From contig JANMQY010000079.1 in NCBI GenBank assembly GCA_031370785.1, positions 19,901 through 83,900 of the forward strand: a DNA stretch of 64,000 nt. Direction: 5' to 3'. Below, one piece after another: positions 49,286-59,170 of this stretch (position 1 is the stretch's first letter; every line of letters begins with the position of its first letter). This DNA comes from Candidatus Eiseniibacteriota bacterium. Its GTDB lineage: Bacteria; Eisenbacteria; RBG-16-71-46. The notes beneath the pieces are model-generated. The model ran no database searches. It saw nothing but the letters and a program-made list of their open reading frames with translations, and was not told the origin of the DNA. Both the position numbers and the translations under genes were made by a program.

Positions 49286-50815
49286 CTACTTCTTCGTCGT
49301 GTCCGGCGGGGCCGGGGTGGGCGCGGGTGCGGGGACGGCCTCGCCCTTCTGGAGCAGGCGGCGCCGCTCGTTCTCGCGCTTGAGCACGTCCTTGTTGAGC
49401 ACCACGAACTCGACCCGGCGGTTCTTCGCCATTCCGAGCGCGTCGGTGTTCGGCGCGATCGGCTTGAGCTCGCCGTAGCCCCTTGCCGTGAACTGATCCG
49501 CCTTGAGGTTCGGGAAATGCTGAACCAGATAGGTCAGCACCGATGAAGCGCGCGCCTCGCTCAGCTTCTGGTTGTAAGCCACGCTCCCGCGCGAGTCGGT
49601 GTGACCGCCGATCTCGATCCTCAGCTCGGGCCACTTCGACAGCACCTGCCCGACCACGTTCAGGACCGGATACGACTCGGGCAGGATGTCGGCCTTGGCG
49701 GTTTCGAAGTTCACGTTGTTGAGCCGGATCATTCCGGTGTCGAGCAGCTCGGTCTCGCGCTCGGTGATCTCGATCGGGCAGCCGTCCTTGTCGACCCGGG
49801 CCCCGGCCGGAGTGTCCGGGCACTTGTCGATGCCGTCCGGCACGCCGTCGCCGTCCGAGTCGGTCGTGCAACCGGTCGAATCCACCTTCGCGCCCTTCGG
49901 AGTGTCCGGGCACTTGTCGATGCCGTCGAGCACGCCGTCGCCGTCCGAGTCCATCGGGCAGCCCTTCGCATCCACGGTCGCGCCCCTGGGCGTGTCGGCG
50001 CACTGGTCGATGCCGTCCCAGACGCCATCGCCGTCCGAGTCCGACGGACATCCGCTCGCATCGACGATCGCGCCCTTCGGAGTGTTCGCGCACTTGTCGA
50101 GCCCGTCGAGCACGCCATCCGCATCGCTGTCCTTCGGACAACCGGTCAAGTCCACGGTCGCGCCGAGCGGCGTGTCCGGGCACTTGTCGCGCCGATCCGG
50201 CACGCCGTCGCCGTCGGTGTCGCGCGGCTTCGCGCCCATCGCGAGCTCGATGCCCGCGCCGAACACCAGGTTGTTGTAGAGGAACTTGATCTTCGGTTCC
50301 TTCTGCATCAGCGAGACGTTGCGCGCTTCGAGCCTCAGCCCGATCGCGTCGGTGAGCCAGAAGCGCACGCCGCCGCCCAGCTCGACCGTTCCGTACGTCA
50401 ATTTGCGGCTCGGAAGGGAGCTCGACGAATTCGCGGAGTACTTGAGATTGCTGTAGCCGTAGCCTGCGAACAGGAACGGTCCGCCGTAGCGCCCCTGGAA
50501 CGGAGTCAGCATCAGGTTGCCCGAGGCGTGCCAGAAGTCCACGTCGCGCCCGCCGGTGCTGTCCTCGGTCGTCGGCGCGAAGCCGCCCGCCGCTTCGATG
50601 CCGAAGGCGCGACCGTGCCATCCGATCCGGCCGCCGGCGTAGAGCTCGTCCTTGAGCGGCAGCGTGCCGGGGAAGAACAGGTCGCCGTCGAAGATGGTGT
50701 AACCGGCGAAGGGCGTGAGCGTGAAGTACGAGCCGATGGGTTCCGCCGAGGCCGCGCGCGTCGCGAGCAGCGCAGCACAGACCACGAGGGCGAAACGAAG
50801 GCGGGCGCGGCGCAT
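49286..50815 (-). CDS. OmpA-family protein with thrombospondin type-3 repeats (paralogue 2)
   Basis: The start is trimmed to ATG 50815 (GGAGAA RBS; MRRARLRFALVVCAALLATRAASA). The architecture matches paralogue 1 with an additional Pro/Ala-rich C-terminal tail. The 932-aa ORF-track model is an artefactual extension. Confidence 0.88.
   Translation of the reverse strand: MRRARLRFALVVCAALLATRAASAEPIGSYFTLTPFAGYTIFDGDLFFPGTLPLKDELYAGGRIGWHGRAFGIEAAGGFAPTTEDSTGGRDVDFWHASGNLMLTPFQGRYGGPFLFAGYGYSNLKYSANSSSSLPSRKLTYGTVELGGGVRFWLTDAIGLRLEARNVSLMQKEPKIKFLYNNLVFGAGIELAMGAKPRDTDGDGVPDRRDKCPDTPLGATVDLTGCPKDSDADGVLDGLDKCANTPKGAIVDASGCPSDSDGDGVWDGIDQCADTPRGATVDAKGCPMDSDGDGVLDGIDKCPDTPKGAKVDSTGCTTDSDGDGVPDGIDKCPDTPAGARVDKDGCPIEITERETELLDTGMIRLNNVNFETAKADILPESYPVLNVVGQVLSKWPELRIEIGGHTDSRGSVAYNQKLSEARASSVLTYLVQHFPNLKADQFTARGYGELKPIAPNTDALGMAKNRRVEFVVLNKDVLKRENERRRLLQKGEAVPAPAPTPAPPDTTKK
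49652..49756. repeat. 105-nt tract 103/105 identical to 47863-47967
   Basis: See the partner feature at 47863-47967. Confidence 0.85.
49775..50224 (-). repeat. tandem thrombospondin type-3 coding repeats (about 6 units) in paralogue 2
   Basis: Residues about 198-347: DTDGDGVPDRRDKCPDTPLGATVDLTGCP KDSDADGVLDGLDKCANTPKGAIVDASGCP, and further units. Confidence 0.85.
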
Positions 50816-51018
50816 AGAGTTCTCCATGATTGCCAGGGTGAAACGGAGGGTGCGGTTGATGGCGCAGGAGCCCGGTCTCTCCCGTCGGACGGTTCGGAAG
50901 GCGGGACGATAGCGGCGGAGAACGGCGGAGGCAAGCTTTGCGCGCGCGAGTGCGCGTCGGCGCCGCGCGCGAGTAAGCGCCGGCCCTGCGCGCCGGGAAC
51001 GCGGCAGGCGCGCTTCGT

Positions 51019-52275
51019 CTAGAACGTGGTCTGCAGCTTGAGGAAGCCCTTGTCGTGGTGAAACGTGACCTCGTACGGCTCGTGATCGAGCTCGATGCCC
51101 TCGATCCCTTCGACGCTGACCCGGCCGAAGCGCGCGGCGAGCCCGAGGTAGGCGCGCGATTCCTTGCGCGTGCCGTAGGTGGTCCACGGGGTCGTGCCCT
51201 GCTGGTCGATCGAGATCCGGTCGACCATCGCGCCGACCCGCGCGATCCAGCCCGGCGAAAGCAGCCAGGCCAGCTCGCCATGGGTGAGGCGGTCGATGCC
51301 GCCGAACGCTCCGGGACCGATGCCCTGCCCGACGAGCTGGGTGCGCGCCTGATACATCCAGTGCACCGACGCGGAGAGCCTGGTCGTGAGCTGACGACGC
51401 AGCGTCCCCTCGGCCGACCACTGGCGGCGGTAGTCGAGCCGGTCGCCGTCCGAGAAGTCCAGCGCCCGATCGGTGCTCGAAGCCTGTTGGTTGGTGGCGC
51501 GCGTTTCCCACTCGAGCCCGAGCGCGCGCACCTCGAGCGAACCGTACGCGAACGTTCCCCACAGGTACCGCTCGTGGTTGGGCTCGGCCGGCGTGGCGCC
51601 GAACACCTTCCTTCGCGACGGCGTGAGCCAGCGTCCGCCAGCCTCGGCCCGCCACGCGGCATGGCGAGTGACCACACGCAGCTCCGGCTCGTACGGGTGC
51701 ACCAGGTAGGGCTCCGAAGCGTTGCCGACCCGCGTCTGGCGAAACGCCCACAGGTTGTTGAGCATGTCTTCGACGGTGAACGTGGCCTGCATCTGTAGCG
51801 CGGTGGTGTCGGCGCCCAGTTCCCATCTCAGCGAAAAATCCTGGCGAGATTTGTCGTACGAGGGCTGGAAGATGATCGAAGTCGTGCCCCAGCGCCTCGG
51901 GAAGGCGAACGAGAGGCCGAGGTAGTCGAACGACTCCACGTTGTCGTGCGACTGGCGCATCTCGAGCCCGAACGTGGATTTCGTGCCGAGCGCGGTGCGG
52001 AGCTTGAGATCGTTGATGAGGAACCACTGCCCGGCAGTCAGGCATCCCTGCGAGGTGCGGAATGCCTGCGGCGCATGCTCCCACTCGTCACGCCACTCGC
52101 GCGGCACGCGGGTCAGCACGTGATCCAGCAGACTCTCGTCATCTTCCTCCTGCCGCGCCACGTCGAAGCTCGAGAACTCCTCGGCGTTGGCGCCGGCGGG
52201 CGCGGGCGCGGTGGCGAGGAGCGCGCAGGCGAAGAGTGCGGCGGGAAGGCCGCGGCGGAACGCGAAGGCGATCAC
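51019..52275 (-). CDS. outer-membrane beta-barrel protein (hypothetical)
   Basis: Signal peptide (M)IAFAFRRGLPAALFACALLATAPAPAGA. 418 aa, beta-rich, with the C-terminal aromatic end ...GFLKLQTTF. The GTG start overlaps the eda stop (GTGA). Confidence 0.65.
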   Translation of the reverse strand: MIAFAFRRGLPAALFACALLATAPAPAGANAEEFSSFDVARQEEDDESLLDHVLTRVPREWRDEWEHAPQAFRTSQGCLTAGQWFLINDLKLRTALGTKSTFGLEMRQSHDNVESFDYLGLSFAFPRRWGTTSIIFQPSYDKSRQDFSLRWELGADTTALQMQATFTVEDMLNNLWAFRQTRVGNASEPYLVHPYEPELRVVTRHAAWRAEAGGRWLTPSRRKVFGATPAEPNHERYLWGTFAYGSLEVRALGLEWETRATNQQASSTDRALDFSDGDRLDYRRQWSAEGTLRRQLTTRLSASVHWMYQARTQLVGQGIGPGAFGGIDRLTHGELAWLLSPGWIARVGAMVDRISIDQQGTTPWTTYGTRKESRAYLGLAARFGRVSVEGIEGIELDHEPYEVTFHHDKGFLKLQTTF

Positions 52276-52937
52276 CCGCGCTCCCGCGCGGGCGCGGCGC
52301 CGTGGCCCGAGCGGGCGACCAGGTCGACGAACGCGCGCGCACGGCGCGTGATCTCACCGAACTCGCCACGGGCGGCGAGCACGGGATCGGCGAGCGCGCC
52401 GCCGAGTCCGACCCCGATGCAGCCCGCTTCGAGGAACAGGGCGGTGTTCGCGAGAGTCGTCCCGCCCGCGGCCAGCATCGGCAGGTCGGGCAGCGGGTCG
52501 CGAATGACGCGGATGTAGTCCGGTCCTCCCGCGACACCAACCGGGTACACCTTGACCACGTGCGCCCCGCCCTCGCGCGCGGCGAGGATCTCGGACGTGG
52601 TGTAGGCTCCGGGGCAGTACATTGCAATCGCCTCGAGGGCGACACGCGCGACTTCGCGATTGAAATTGGGAGCGACGATGAAGCGTGCACCGGCGGTGAT
52701 CGCGGCGCGCGCCTGATCGGCGGTGAGCACGGTGCCGGCGCCGACGATCGCGCCAGACAGGTCGCGCAGCGCGGCCATGACCCGCGCCGCATCGGGTACG
52801 GTGAACGTGACTTCGAGGAGCGCGATTCCGCCGCGGGCCACGGCGCGCGCCGACGCTTCGGCGGCCTCGGGCGAGGGAGCGCGGATGACGGCGAGCAGGC
52901 GCTGCTCGCGCAGCGTGACGAGGGCGGAGGGAGTCAT
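52272..52937 (-). CDS. eda: KDPG / KHG aldolase
   Basis: The start is trimmed to ATG 52937. Contains LLAVIRAPSPEAAEASARAVARGGIALLEVTFTVPDA, GAGTVL and VKVYPVGVAGGPDYIRVIRDPLPDLPMLAAGG. Confidence 0.8.
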   Translation of the reverse strand: MTPSALVTLREQRLLAVIRAPSPEAAEASARAVARGGIALLEVTFTVPDAARVMAALRDLSGAIVGAGTVLTADQARAAITAGARFIVAPNFNREVARVALEAIAMYCPGAYTTSEILAAREGGAHVVKVYPVGVAGGPDYIRVIRDPLPDLPMLAAGGTTLANTALFLEAGCIGVGLGGALADPVLAARGEFGEITRRARAFVDLVARSGHGAAPARERG

Positions 52938-53027
52938 GAGTTTGGATCCAGCCTGGGACTCTAGAAGGGGCGGAGAAATGCGGCAAGGCTGGAGTGCGCG
53001 ACCCTTTCCCGGATCGGGAGCGTCCCG

Positions 53028-55613
53028 ATGAGCGGCGCCGGCTCCCGGCGAAACCTGATCCTGCTCGTGGCCAGCGCGCTGGTGGTGCTGGTCGTCATTG
53101 CCTGGGCGGTGGTGTCCGCGGCCTTTCCGCCGGCAAAGGTGCGCGAGCTGATCGTGGCGAGGCTCTCGGCGACGCTCGACCGCGACGTGCGCATCGAGGG
53201 CGCGTCGTTCACGCTGTGGCCGCCGGTCCGGTTCGTGATGAAGCGCCCCGCGCTCGCCGAGCCGGGTGGCTTCGTGCGCGGGGAGGCGCTGCGCGCCGAA
53301 GCGCTCGATCTCGACGTCGATCCCTTCGCGCTGCTCGCGCGTCGGCTGGTCATCCGCCGGCTCGCGCTCGATCGACCGAGCGTTCACCTCGTGCTCAATC
53401 CCGACGGAACCACCAACTTCGACCGCATGACGAAGCCGTCGTCGAGCGCGAAGAAGAAGGCTTCATCGTCGGCCATGGACCTCGCGGTGAGCCAGCTGTC
53501 GCTGCGCGGTGCGCGGTTCGTGATCGACGATCTGCGGACCCGCCGGCGCACCACGTTCCAGGCGGACAGCCGGATCGCGCTCAAGATGGCGGGCGGCACG
53601 CGCATCGAGACCGATGGCCGCACCACGCTGACGGGCTTTGCGCGCGGGCCGCTGAGTGCCGCGCGCCTCGCCGATCTCGACCAGAGTCTCGCCGGCATCG
53701 TGCTCGCGGTCGAACACCGCGGTCGATGGGACGGCCCGCGCAAGCGCCTCGCCCTCGAGCGCCTCGCGCTGCGCATGGGCAAGGCCGAGGCGTCTTTCGT
53801 CGGCACGATCGACGACCCGGGGCCGCGCGCGGCCCTGGACCTCAACGGGCGCGGCTCGAATGTCGACGTGGCCGAGCTGCTGCGCGCGCTGTCGGCGGCC
53901 AGCCTGCCCGCGCTGCACGGGGTCTCGGGCTCCGGGCGCGCCGACTTCAACCTCACCGCGCGCGGCGCGCTCGGGCCCGGGCGGAGCCCGGCGCTGACCG
54001 GCGTGCTGCGCGTGCGCGACGGTGCGTTCCGCTATCCGGGATCTGCGCTCCCGGTCAGCGGCGTCGCCTTCACCGCGCGGTTCGCGCCCGACTCGCTCGG
54101 AATCGGCGACCTGGTCGCGCGGGTGGGCGATCAGCCGCTCAAGGCGGCAATGTCCATGACCCGTTTTGCCGATCCCAGGGTGCGCTTCCTGGTGGACGGG
54201 CTCGTGGATCTCGCCGCGGTCGGACCGCTGATCGCGCCTCCCGACGTGAAGCTCAGCGGACGCGCGGCGCTGCACCTGAACGGCGAGGGCCGGCTGCGGG
54301 ATCGCGGCGCGATGACGCTGAACGGGAGCTCGCGCTTTGCCGAGATCAGCATCCGGAGCCTTTCGCTGCCCAAGGTGGTCGAGCACGTCCGCGGCGACGT
54401 CACGTTCTCGGGCACGCGGGCCGTGGTGCGCGGGCTCTCGGCGAGCGCCGGGCAGTCCTCCTTCGCACTCGACGCCTCGGTGGAACGGCCGCTCGCGCTG
54501 ATGGCGAAGCCGGACTCGGTGCCTCCCGCGCTCGTGTCGTTCACGCTCAACTCGCCCTATCTCGACCTCTCCGAGCTGCTCCCGCCGGTGCCGGGCCCGA
54601 CGCTCTTGCCCAACGCGCGCGGACAGGGCCGCGTGACCATCGCCCGGCTTCGCCAGGGCAAGCTCGACGTGTCGAAGGTCAACACCACGGTGACTTTCGA
54701 TCCGCGCACGCTCACCGCTCCCGATTTCGCGCTCGAAGGCTACGGTGGCGCGGTGAGCGGCAGCGCGAAATTCGATCTCACCGACCCGGCCAATCCCGCG
54801 TTCCGGGTGAAGGCGAAGATCGACACGGTGCAGGCCGACGCGCTGCTCTCGACGTGGATCCCCGCGAAGAGCGCGCTCAGGGGCGCGCTCAGCACCACGC
54901 TCGATCTTTCGGGAGTCGGGACCAGGCCCGAGCAGATGCGCCGCACCCTCACCGCGATCGGGCAGGCGGTGGTGGCGAACGGGGAGTTCGGGCCCGCGCC
55001 CGCGCTCGATGCGATCGCGGCGCTCACGAAAATGAAGACCTTTCAGAAAATCACGTTCCGCCACCTCGACGTGCCGTTCAAGATCGAGAACGGCAGGGTC
55101 GCGATGCGTGAGATCGCACTCGATGGTCCGAGCGGCGATTGGCGGGCAAGCGGGCTGCTCGGCTTCGATGGCGCGCTCGACTACGCGGTCATGGTGCTGG
55201 TGCCGCGCGAGCAGGTCGATCAGTTGGGCTCTGGCGCGGCCCTGCTCGCGGGCGCGCTCACCGATGCGCAGGGCCGGGTGCGGCTCGCGTTCCGGGTCGG
55301 CGGCACCGCGACCTCTCCGCGCGTCTCGCTCGACGCTCAGGCGATGCGCGATGCGGCCGCCGGGCGCGTGAACCAGGTGATCGAGCAGCAGAAATCTCGC
55401 ATCGAGGAACAGCTGAGGCAGGTGCTCAACCCGCGGCCGGGCCCGAAGGACAGCGCGCGCGCCCCGAGCATGGGGTCGATCGCCGACAGCCTGAAGAAGA
55501 TCAAAGGGAGCGACGTGCTGAAGGACCTGCTCGGCATTCCGAGGAAGAAGAAGGCCGTTCCCGCCGACACGGTGGCACGCGATACCGCGGCGCGCGACAG
55601 CGCCGCGCACTGA
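53028..55613 (+). CDS. AsmA family protein
   Basis: 861 aa. It has an N-terminal TM (LILLVASALVVLVVIAWAVV), a long beta-rich periplasmic region and the typical C-terminal module (VPFKIENGRVAMREIALDGPSGDWRASG). Confidence 0.7.
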   Translation: MSGAGSRRNLILLVASALVVLVVIAWAVVSAAFPPAKVRELIVARLSATLDRDVRIEGASFTLWPPVRFVMKRPALAEPGGFVRGEALRAEALDLDVDPFALLARRLVIRRLALDRPSVHLVLNPDGTTNFDRMTKPSSSAKKKASSSAMDLAVSQLSLRGARFVIDDLRTRRRTTFQADSRIALKMAGGTRIETDGRTTLTGFARGPLSAARLADLDQSLAGIVLAVEHRGRWDGPRKRLALERLALRMGKAEASFVGTIDDPGPRAALDLNGRGSNVDVAELLRALSAASLPALHGVSGSGRADFNLTARGALGPGRSPALTGVLRVRDGAFRYPGSALPVSGVAFTARFAPDSLGIGDLVARVGDQPLKAAMSMTRFADPRVRFLVDGLVDLAAVGPLIAPPDVKLSGRAALHLNGEGRLRDRGAMTLNGSSRFAEISIRSLSLPKVVEHVRGDVTFSGTRAVVRGLSASAGQSSFALDASVERPLALMAKPDSVPPALVSFTLNSPYLDLSELLPPVPGPTLLPNARGQGRVTIARLRQGKLDVSKVNTTVTFDPRTLTAPDFALEGYGGAVSGSAKFDLTDPANPAFRVKAKIDTVQADALLSTWIPAKSALRGALSTTLDLSGVGTRPEQMRRTLTAIGQAVVANGEFGPAPALDAIAALTKMKTFQKITFRHLDVPFKIENGRVAMREIALDGPSGDWRASGLLGFDGALDYAVMVLVPREQVDQLGSGAALLAGALTDAQGRVRLAFRVGGTATSPRVSLDAQAMRDAAAGRVNQVIEQQKSRIEEQLRQVLNPRPGPKDSARAPSMGSIADSLKKIKGSDVLKDLLGIPRKKKAVPADTVARDTAARDSAAH

Positions 55614-55640
55614 ACCCGGACGCTCGCGGCGTGCGAACTT

Positions 55641-57698
55641 CTAGCTCGCTCCGACTCCCGCCATCTCCGCAACCTGGGCGCGGTCCAGCTCTTCGATCAC
55701 CACGCGCAGCAGCTCGGCGGCGGCGAGCGGAGAGCGAGTGCCATCCGCATGCCACGCGCCGTCCGGCGTGAGCCGGAACGTCGCGGGAACTCCGCCGAAA
55801 AGCCCGCGAGCGTCGTCCGCCGCTGAACCGGACATCGCGGTCGCGGCGTCTGCGCCGCCCTGGTCGAGCGTGCACAGCGCGCGGAGCCAGCCGCCCACCC
55901 GCGCCTGCGCCGCGAGGTCGCGGGCGTAGACGCGCAGGTAGGCGCTGAAGAAGGGGCCGAGCCACTCGGGACGCGCGATCGTGCCGCCCGGCTCGTCGAG
56001 CAGTCCGTACGGCGTGAACAGCTTTTCCTCCAGCGTTTCGATCAGGCACGCGGCGCGATCCGGGCTGATCAGCGTGGGCGACAGGCTCACCGCCAGCGCC
56101 TGCGCGGGGGAGAGGCCGCTCACTGGACCGTCCGGGCCGAGCGCGACATAGAGCGCGCCCTGGCGCACGTCCCACATCACATCGTGGAAATGAGTCTGGT
56201 GGTCACGCGCCCAGGCCAGATAGAACGCCCCGTTCTCGCGGTGCCCGGTGAGGCGTGCCAGCTGAGCCATTGCCACCAGCGCGTGATACCAGAGGATGTT
56301 GAGGTCGGCGCGCGCGCTCCACGAATCGCCGCCACCGGTCTCGAGAAGCCCGCTCGGGCCGACCCGGATTCCGTGCGTGCCGGCGCGGTAGAACAGCATC
56401 ACGCTTTCGAGCGGCGCGTACAGAACATCGCGCACGAAGTCGAGATCGTCGCTGCGGCGCGCGTAGACATCGGCGGCGGCGACCAGCCACAGCGCGGGCG
56501 CGGGATCGCCATAGCGCGGGGTGCCGTCCTCGGGCGCGAAGCCTTCGGGCGCGAGCCCCTCGTTCAGGTACTCGGCCGCGCCGCGCAGGATCGCTCGCGC
56601 ATCGTCGAATGCGCGCAGCGCGATCAGCGCCGGGATGGCGCGCAGCGCGGCCGCGCCAGACTCGTGCGAACCGGGAAGGGTCTCGGCGAGGCCGAGCCTT
56701 CCGGCGCGATGCACCAGGCCGGCTTCGAGCGCGCGGGCGAGCGGCGTCACCCACGGATCTCCGGGCTCGACCAGTGGCTCGCGCCTTCGCGCCGCCTCGC
56801 GGCCGTGCGCGGCGGCGGCCAGCCGCGCGGTGAAGTCCGCGCCCGCGATCGCGCTCGCCTCGAACTGGGCGAGAGTCACGCGGCGCTCGCGCTCGATCAC
56901 GCGCACGCATTCGGCGAGCGAGCGGGGCGGCGGCGTGCCGAGTCGATCCTCGGCGGCGAGCGCGCGGAACAGATCGCTCTCGCTCGAGGCGACGACGAGC
57001 AGTTCCTCGCCCGGCGCGAGCCCGCCCTCGATGTGTCCCGGAACGAAAGCGTCTTCGTACTCGGGTTCCACCCCGGGCAGCGCATCGAACGGAAGGTACA
57101 GCCTGCGCTGCCAGACCCGTGCCGGCAGGAACGCGCCGTTGTGCCACAGCGTGAGCGCCGGGTCGCCATCGGCAAATTCGATGCGCACCCGGCCCGGCAC
57201 GCCCTGCGCCGCGCCGCGCAACGCCGGATTCTCGCGCTGCACCGCGTGCGGAGCGCGGGCGGCGGTGAGCGGGCTCACCGTGAGGCGCACCGGAGGGCCT
57301 TCGATGTGACGGTAGGCGATCGCCACCGCGTGGTGGCCGTCCACCATCAGCACGGACTTCTCGATCAGGGTATCCCCGGCGCGGTACCGCCAGATGGGCC
57401 ACGGCTCGGCGTGGAACGACTCGATCAGGCGATGTCCTGCCGGGCGGGCCGCCCCGCCCGCGACCAGCGCGCTGCCCAGCTCGAAGGTTCCGACGGCGGA
57501 GAGCACGCGCTCATCGAGCCGCAGCAGCAGCGTGATCAGCTCCGAGTGAGCGCGCGTCGCGGTGAGCAGCGCGTGGGTGCGGCGCGCGTTCGCACCGGCC
57601 GCGGTGCCCGAGGCCGAGCCGCCGATTCCGTTCGAGAGCAGCCATTCGCTCGAAAGCAACGCATCGAGCGGCGAGCGGACATCCTGTCCTGGACGCAT
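55641..57698 (-). CDS. glycogen debranching enzyme (amylo-alpha-1,6-glucosidase family)
   Basis: N-terminal SEWLLSNGIGGSASGTAAGANARRTHALL and a C-terminal (alpha/alpha)6-type region (NILWYHALVAMAQLARL, TPYGLL). Confidence 0.75.
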   Translation of the reverse strand: MRPGQDVRSPLDALLSSEWLLSNGIGGSASGTAAGANARRTHALLTATRAHSELITLLLRLDERVLSAVGTFELGSALVAGGAARPAGHRLIESFHAEPWPIWRYRAGDTLIEKSVLMVDGHHAVAIAYRHIEGPPVRLTVSPLTAARAPHAVQRENPALRGAAQGVPGRVRIEFADGDPALTLWHNGAFLPARVWQRRLYLPFDALPGVEPEYEDAFVPGHIEGGLAPGEELLVVASSESDLFRALAAEDRLGTPPPRSLAECVRVIERERRVTLAQFEASAIAGADFTARLAAAAHGREAARRREPLVEPGDPWVTPLARALEAGLVHRAGRLGLAETLPGSHESGAAALRAIPALIALRAFDDARAILRGAAEYLNEGLAPEGFAPEDGTPRYGDPAPALWLVAAADVYARRSDDLDFVRDVLYAPLESVMLFYRAGTHGIRVGPSGLLETGGGDSWSARADLNILWYHALVAMAQLARLTGHRENGAFYLAWARDHQTHFHDVMWDVRQGALYVALGPDGPVSGLSPAQALAVSLSPTLISPDRAACLIETLEEKLFTPYGLLDEPGGTIARPEWLGPFFSAYLRVYARDLAAQARVGGWLRALCTLDQGGADAATAMSGSAADDARGLFGGVPATFRLTPDGAWHADGTRSPLAAAELLRVVIEELDRAQVAEMAGVGAS

Positions 57699-57747
57699 GG
57701 ACGCCTAGGATACCCGCGAACCGGCGCGGATGAAAGAACCGCGTGCG

Positions 57748-58926
57748 CTAAAGCGTCGCCGGCTTGCGCAGCACCGCGGTGAGCGGGACGAGGCTGACCC
57801 CGTCCAGACGCTTTGCGGTGGTCGCCCGTGGCAGCCACTCGAGCAGGTGCGGGGTAGCCCGCACCATGACCAGCAGCCGTCCGCGGGCGCGCGCTTCCTT
57901 GAGGGCCGCGTTCCAGGCCAGATCGAGCGCCCGGGAGCTGGTCGCGCGCGGCTCGCTGTCCATCACCGCGTCCGGCTCGTCGTAGACCACGCCCAGATCG
58001 GCGGCGAGCCGCCGGCACACCGACCCGGCCGCGGGTTGCACGTGCAGGAACGGCAGGTTGCGGCGCTTGAGCTCGCTGTAGACAGAGGTCATCACCGACA
58101 TGTCCTGCGTGGCCAGGGAACCCATCAGGTTCGCGACTGCGACCACCGGGCCCGACTGATCGAAGTCGCGGCGCAGCTGCCCGGTGATGCGTGCGTCGCT
58201 CATGGTGACCAGCACCGTGCCCGCGCCGGGATTGACCTGCGGGTAGTTGATCGGCTCGAGCGGCAGGTGCATGACCACCTCCCGGTCGCGGCGATGCGCC
58301 TCGCGGAACAGCTCGACGCTGTGCTTCATGCCCGGCGCGAGCGCGACTGCGAACGGCACGGGCAGCTGGAACGCCCTGGCCTCCGCCGCGTCGTCCCCGA
58401 ATCCGTAGAGCAGCAGCGCCAGCTTCGCGGGCTCGCGCGGCGCTTCGCCCTCGACCAGCGGCGCGCGCACCAGCGTGACCGAATGCGTGGCCCGGTTCGG
58501 CAGTCCGACCAGCAGCGTCACCAGCGTCTCGCCGTGCTCCCCGCTTTTTTCGCGACCGGAGAGAACCGCCCCGCCCTGTTCCTCGACCCGGCGGCTGATC
58601 GCATAGTTGGCCTGGATGAGCGAAGCCTCGGGCCTGAGCCCGACCCGCCAGCGCACCGCGGCGCGGCCGCTCCCGGCAACACTCTCGTGCACGCTGTCCG
58701 CACTCACTCCGGCCGCCGCCAGACCGGCGCGGATCTCACGGCCCACGATCTGGGTGACCCGCGCCGGATCCCCGATTCCGAAGCGCGCGATCAGCAGGAT
58801 CCGGCCCGTATCCGAGCGCGACAGCTTCCATGCCTCGCCGGCGAGAAAGACGACGAGAGCGGCGGCCGCGAGCAGAATCACGGTGCGCAGTGAGAACCAG
58901 GCGGATTTCGATTTGCGTTTGGGCAT
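57748..58926 (-). CDS. divergent polysaccharide deacetylase (YibQ family)
   Basis: N-terminal TM, then LALLLYGFGD, EVVMHLPLEPINYP and ANLMGS, typical of YibQ-like proteins. Confidence 0.7.
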   Translation of the reverse strand: MPKRKSKSAWFSLRTVILLAAAALVVFLAGEAWKLSRSDTGRILLIARFGIGDPARVTQIVGREIRAGLAAAGVSADSVHESVAGSGRAAVRWRVGLRPEASLIQANYAISRRVEEQGGAVLSGREKSGEHGETLVTLLVGLPNRATHSVTLVRAPLVEGEAPREPAKLALLLYGFGDDAAEARAFQLPVPFAVALAPGMKHSVELFREAHRRDREVVMHLPLEPINYPQVNPGAGTVLVTMSDARITGQLRRDFDQSGPVVAVANLMGSLATQDMSVMTSVYSELKRRNLPFLHVQPAAGSVCRRLAADLGVVYDEPDAVMDSEPRATSSRALDLAWNAALKEARARGRLLVMVRATPHLLEWLPRATTAKRLDGVSLVPLTAVLRKPATL

Positions 58927-59064
58927 AGGGTTCGCGGGCGCGGCGCAGGTTACGGAGCGACGCGAGTTTCGTCAACGGGTCACGTGGCAGCGGACAATAC
59001 GCGGCATGATGTAGCGTCGGCAGTTCAGATCAGGCGGTTCGCCCGCCCGACTCTTTGCACTTCA

Positions 59065-59093
59065 CTGACACGCCTTCGCAAGTACGGTGTCAG
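59065..59093. promoter_or_regulatory. 7-bp perfect inverted repeat, operator candidate upstream of the Cys/His-repeat gene
   Basis: CTGACAC (59065-59071), a 15-nt spacer, then GTGTCAG (59087-59093). It lies about 80-105 nt upstream of ATG 59171. Confidence 0.3.
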
Positions 59094-59170
59094 CCTCTTT
59101 CCCGGCAGCGCCGATATTCCCCTTGAGACGCCCATGCCGGGCGCCGCTCATGCTCCCTGGGAGGTGCGAC

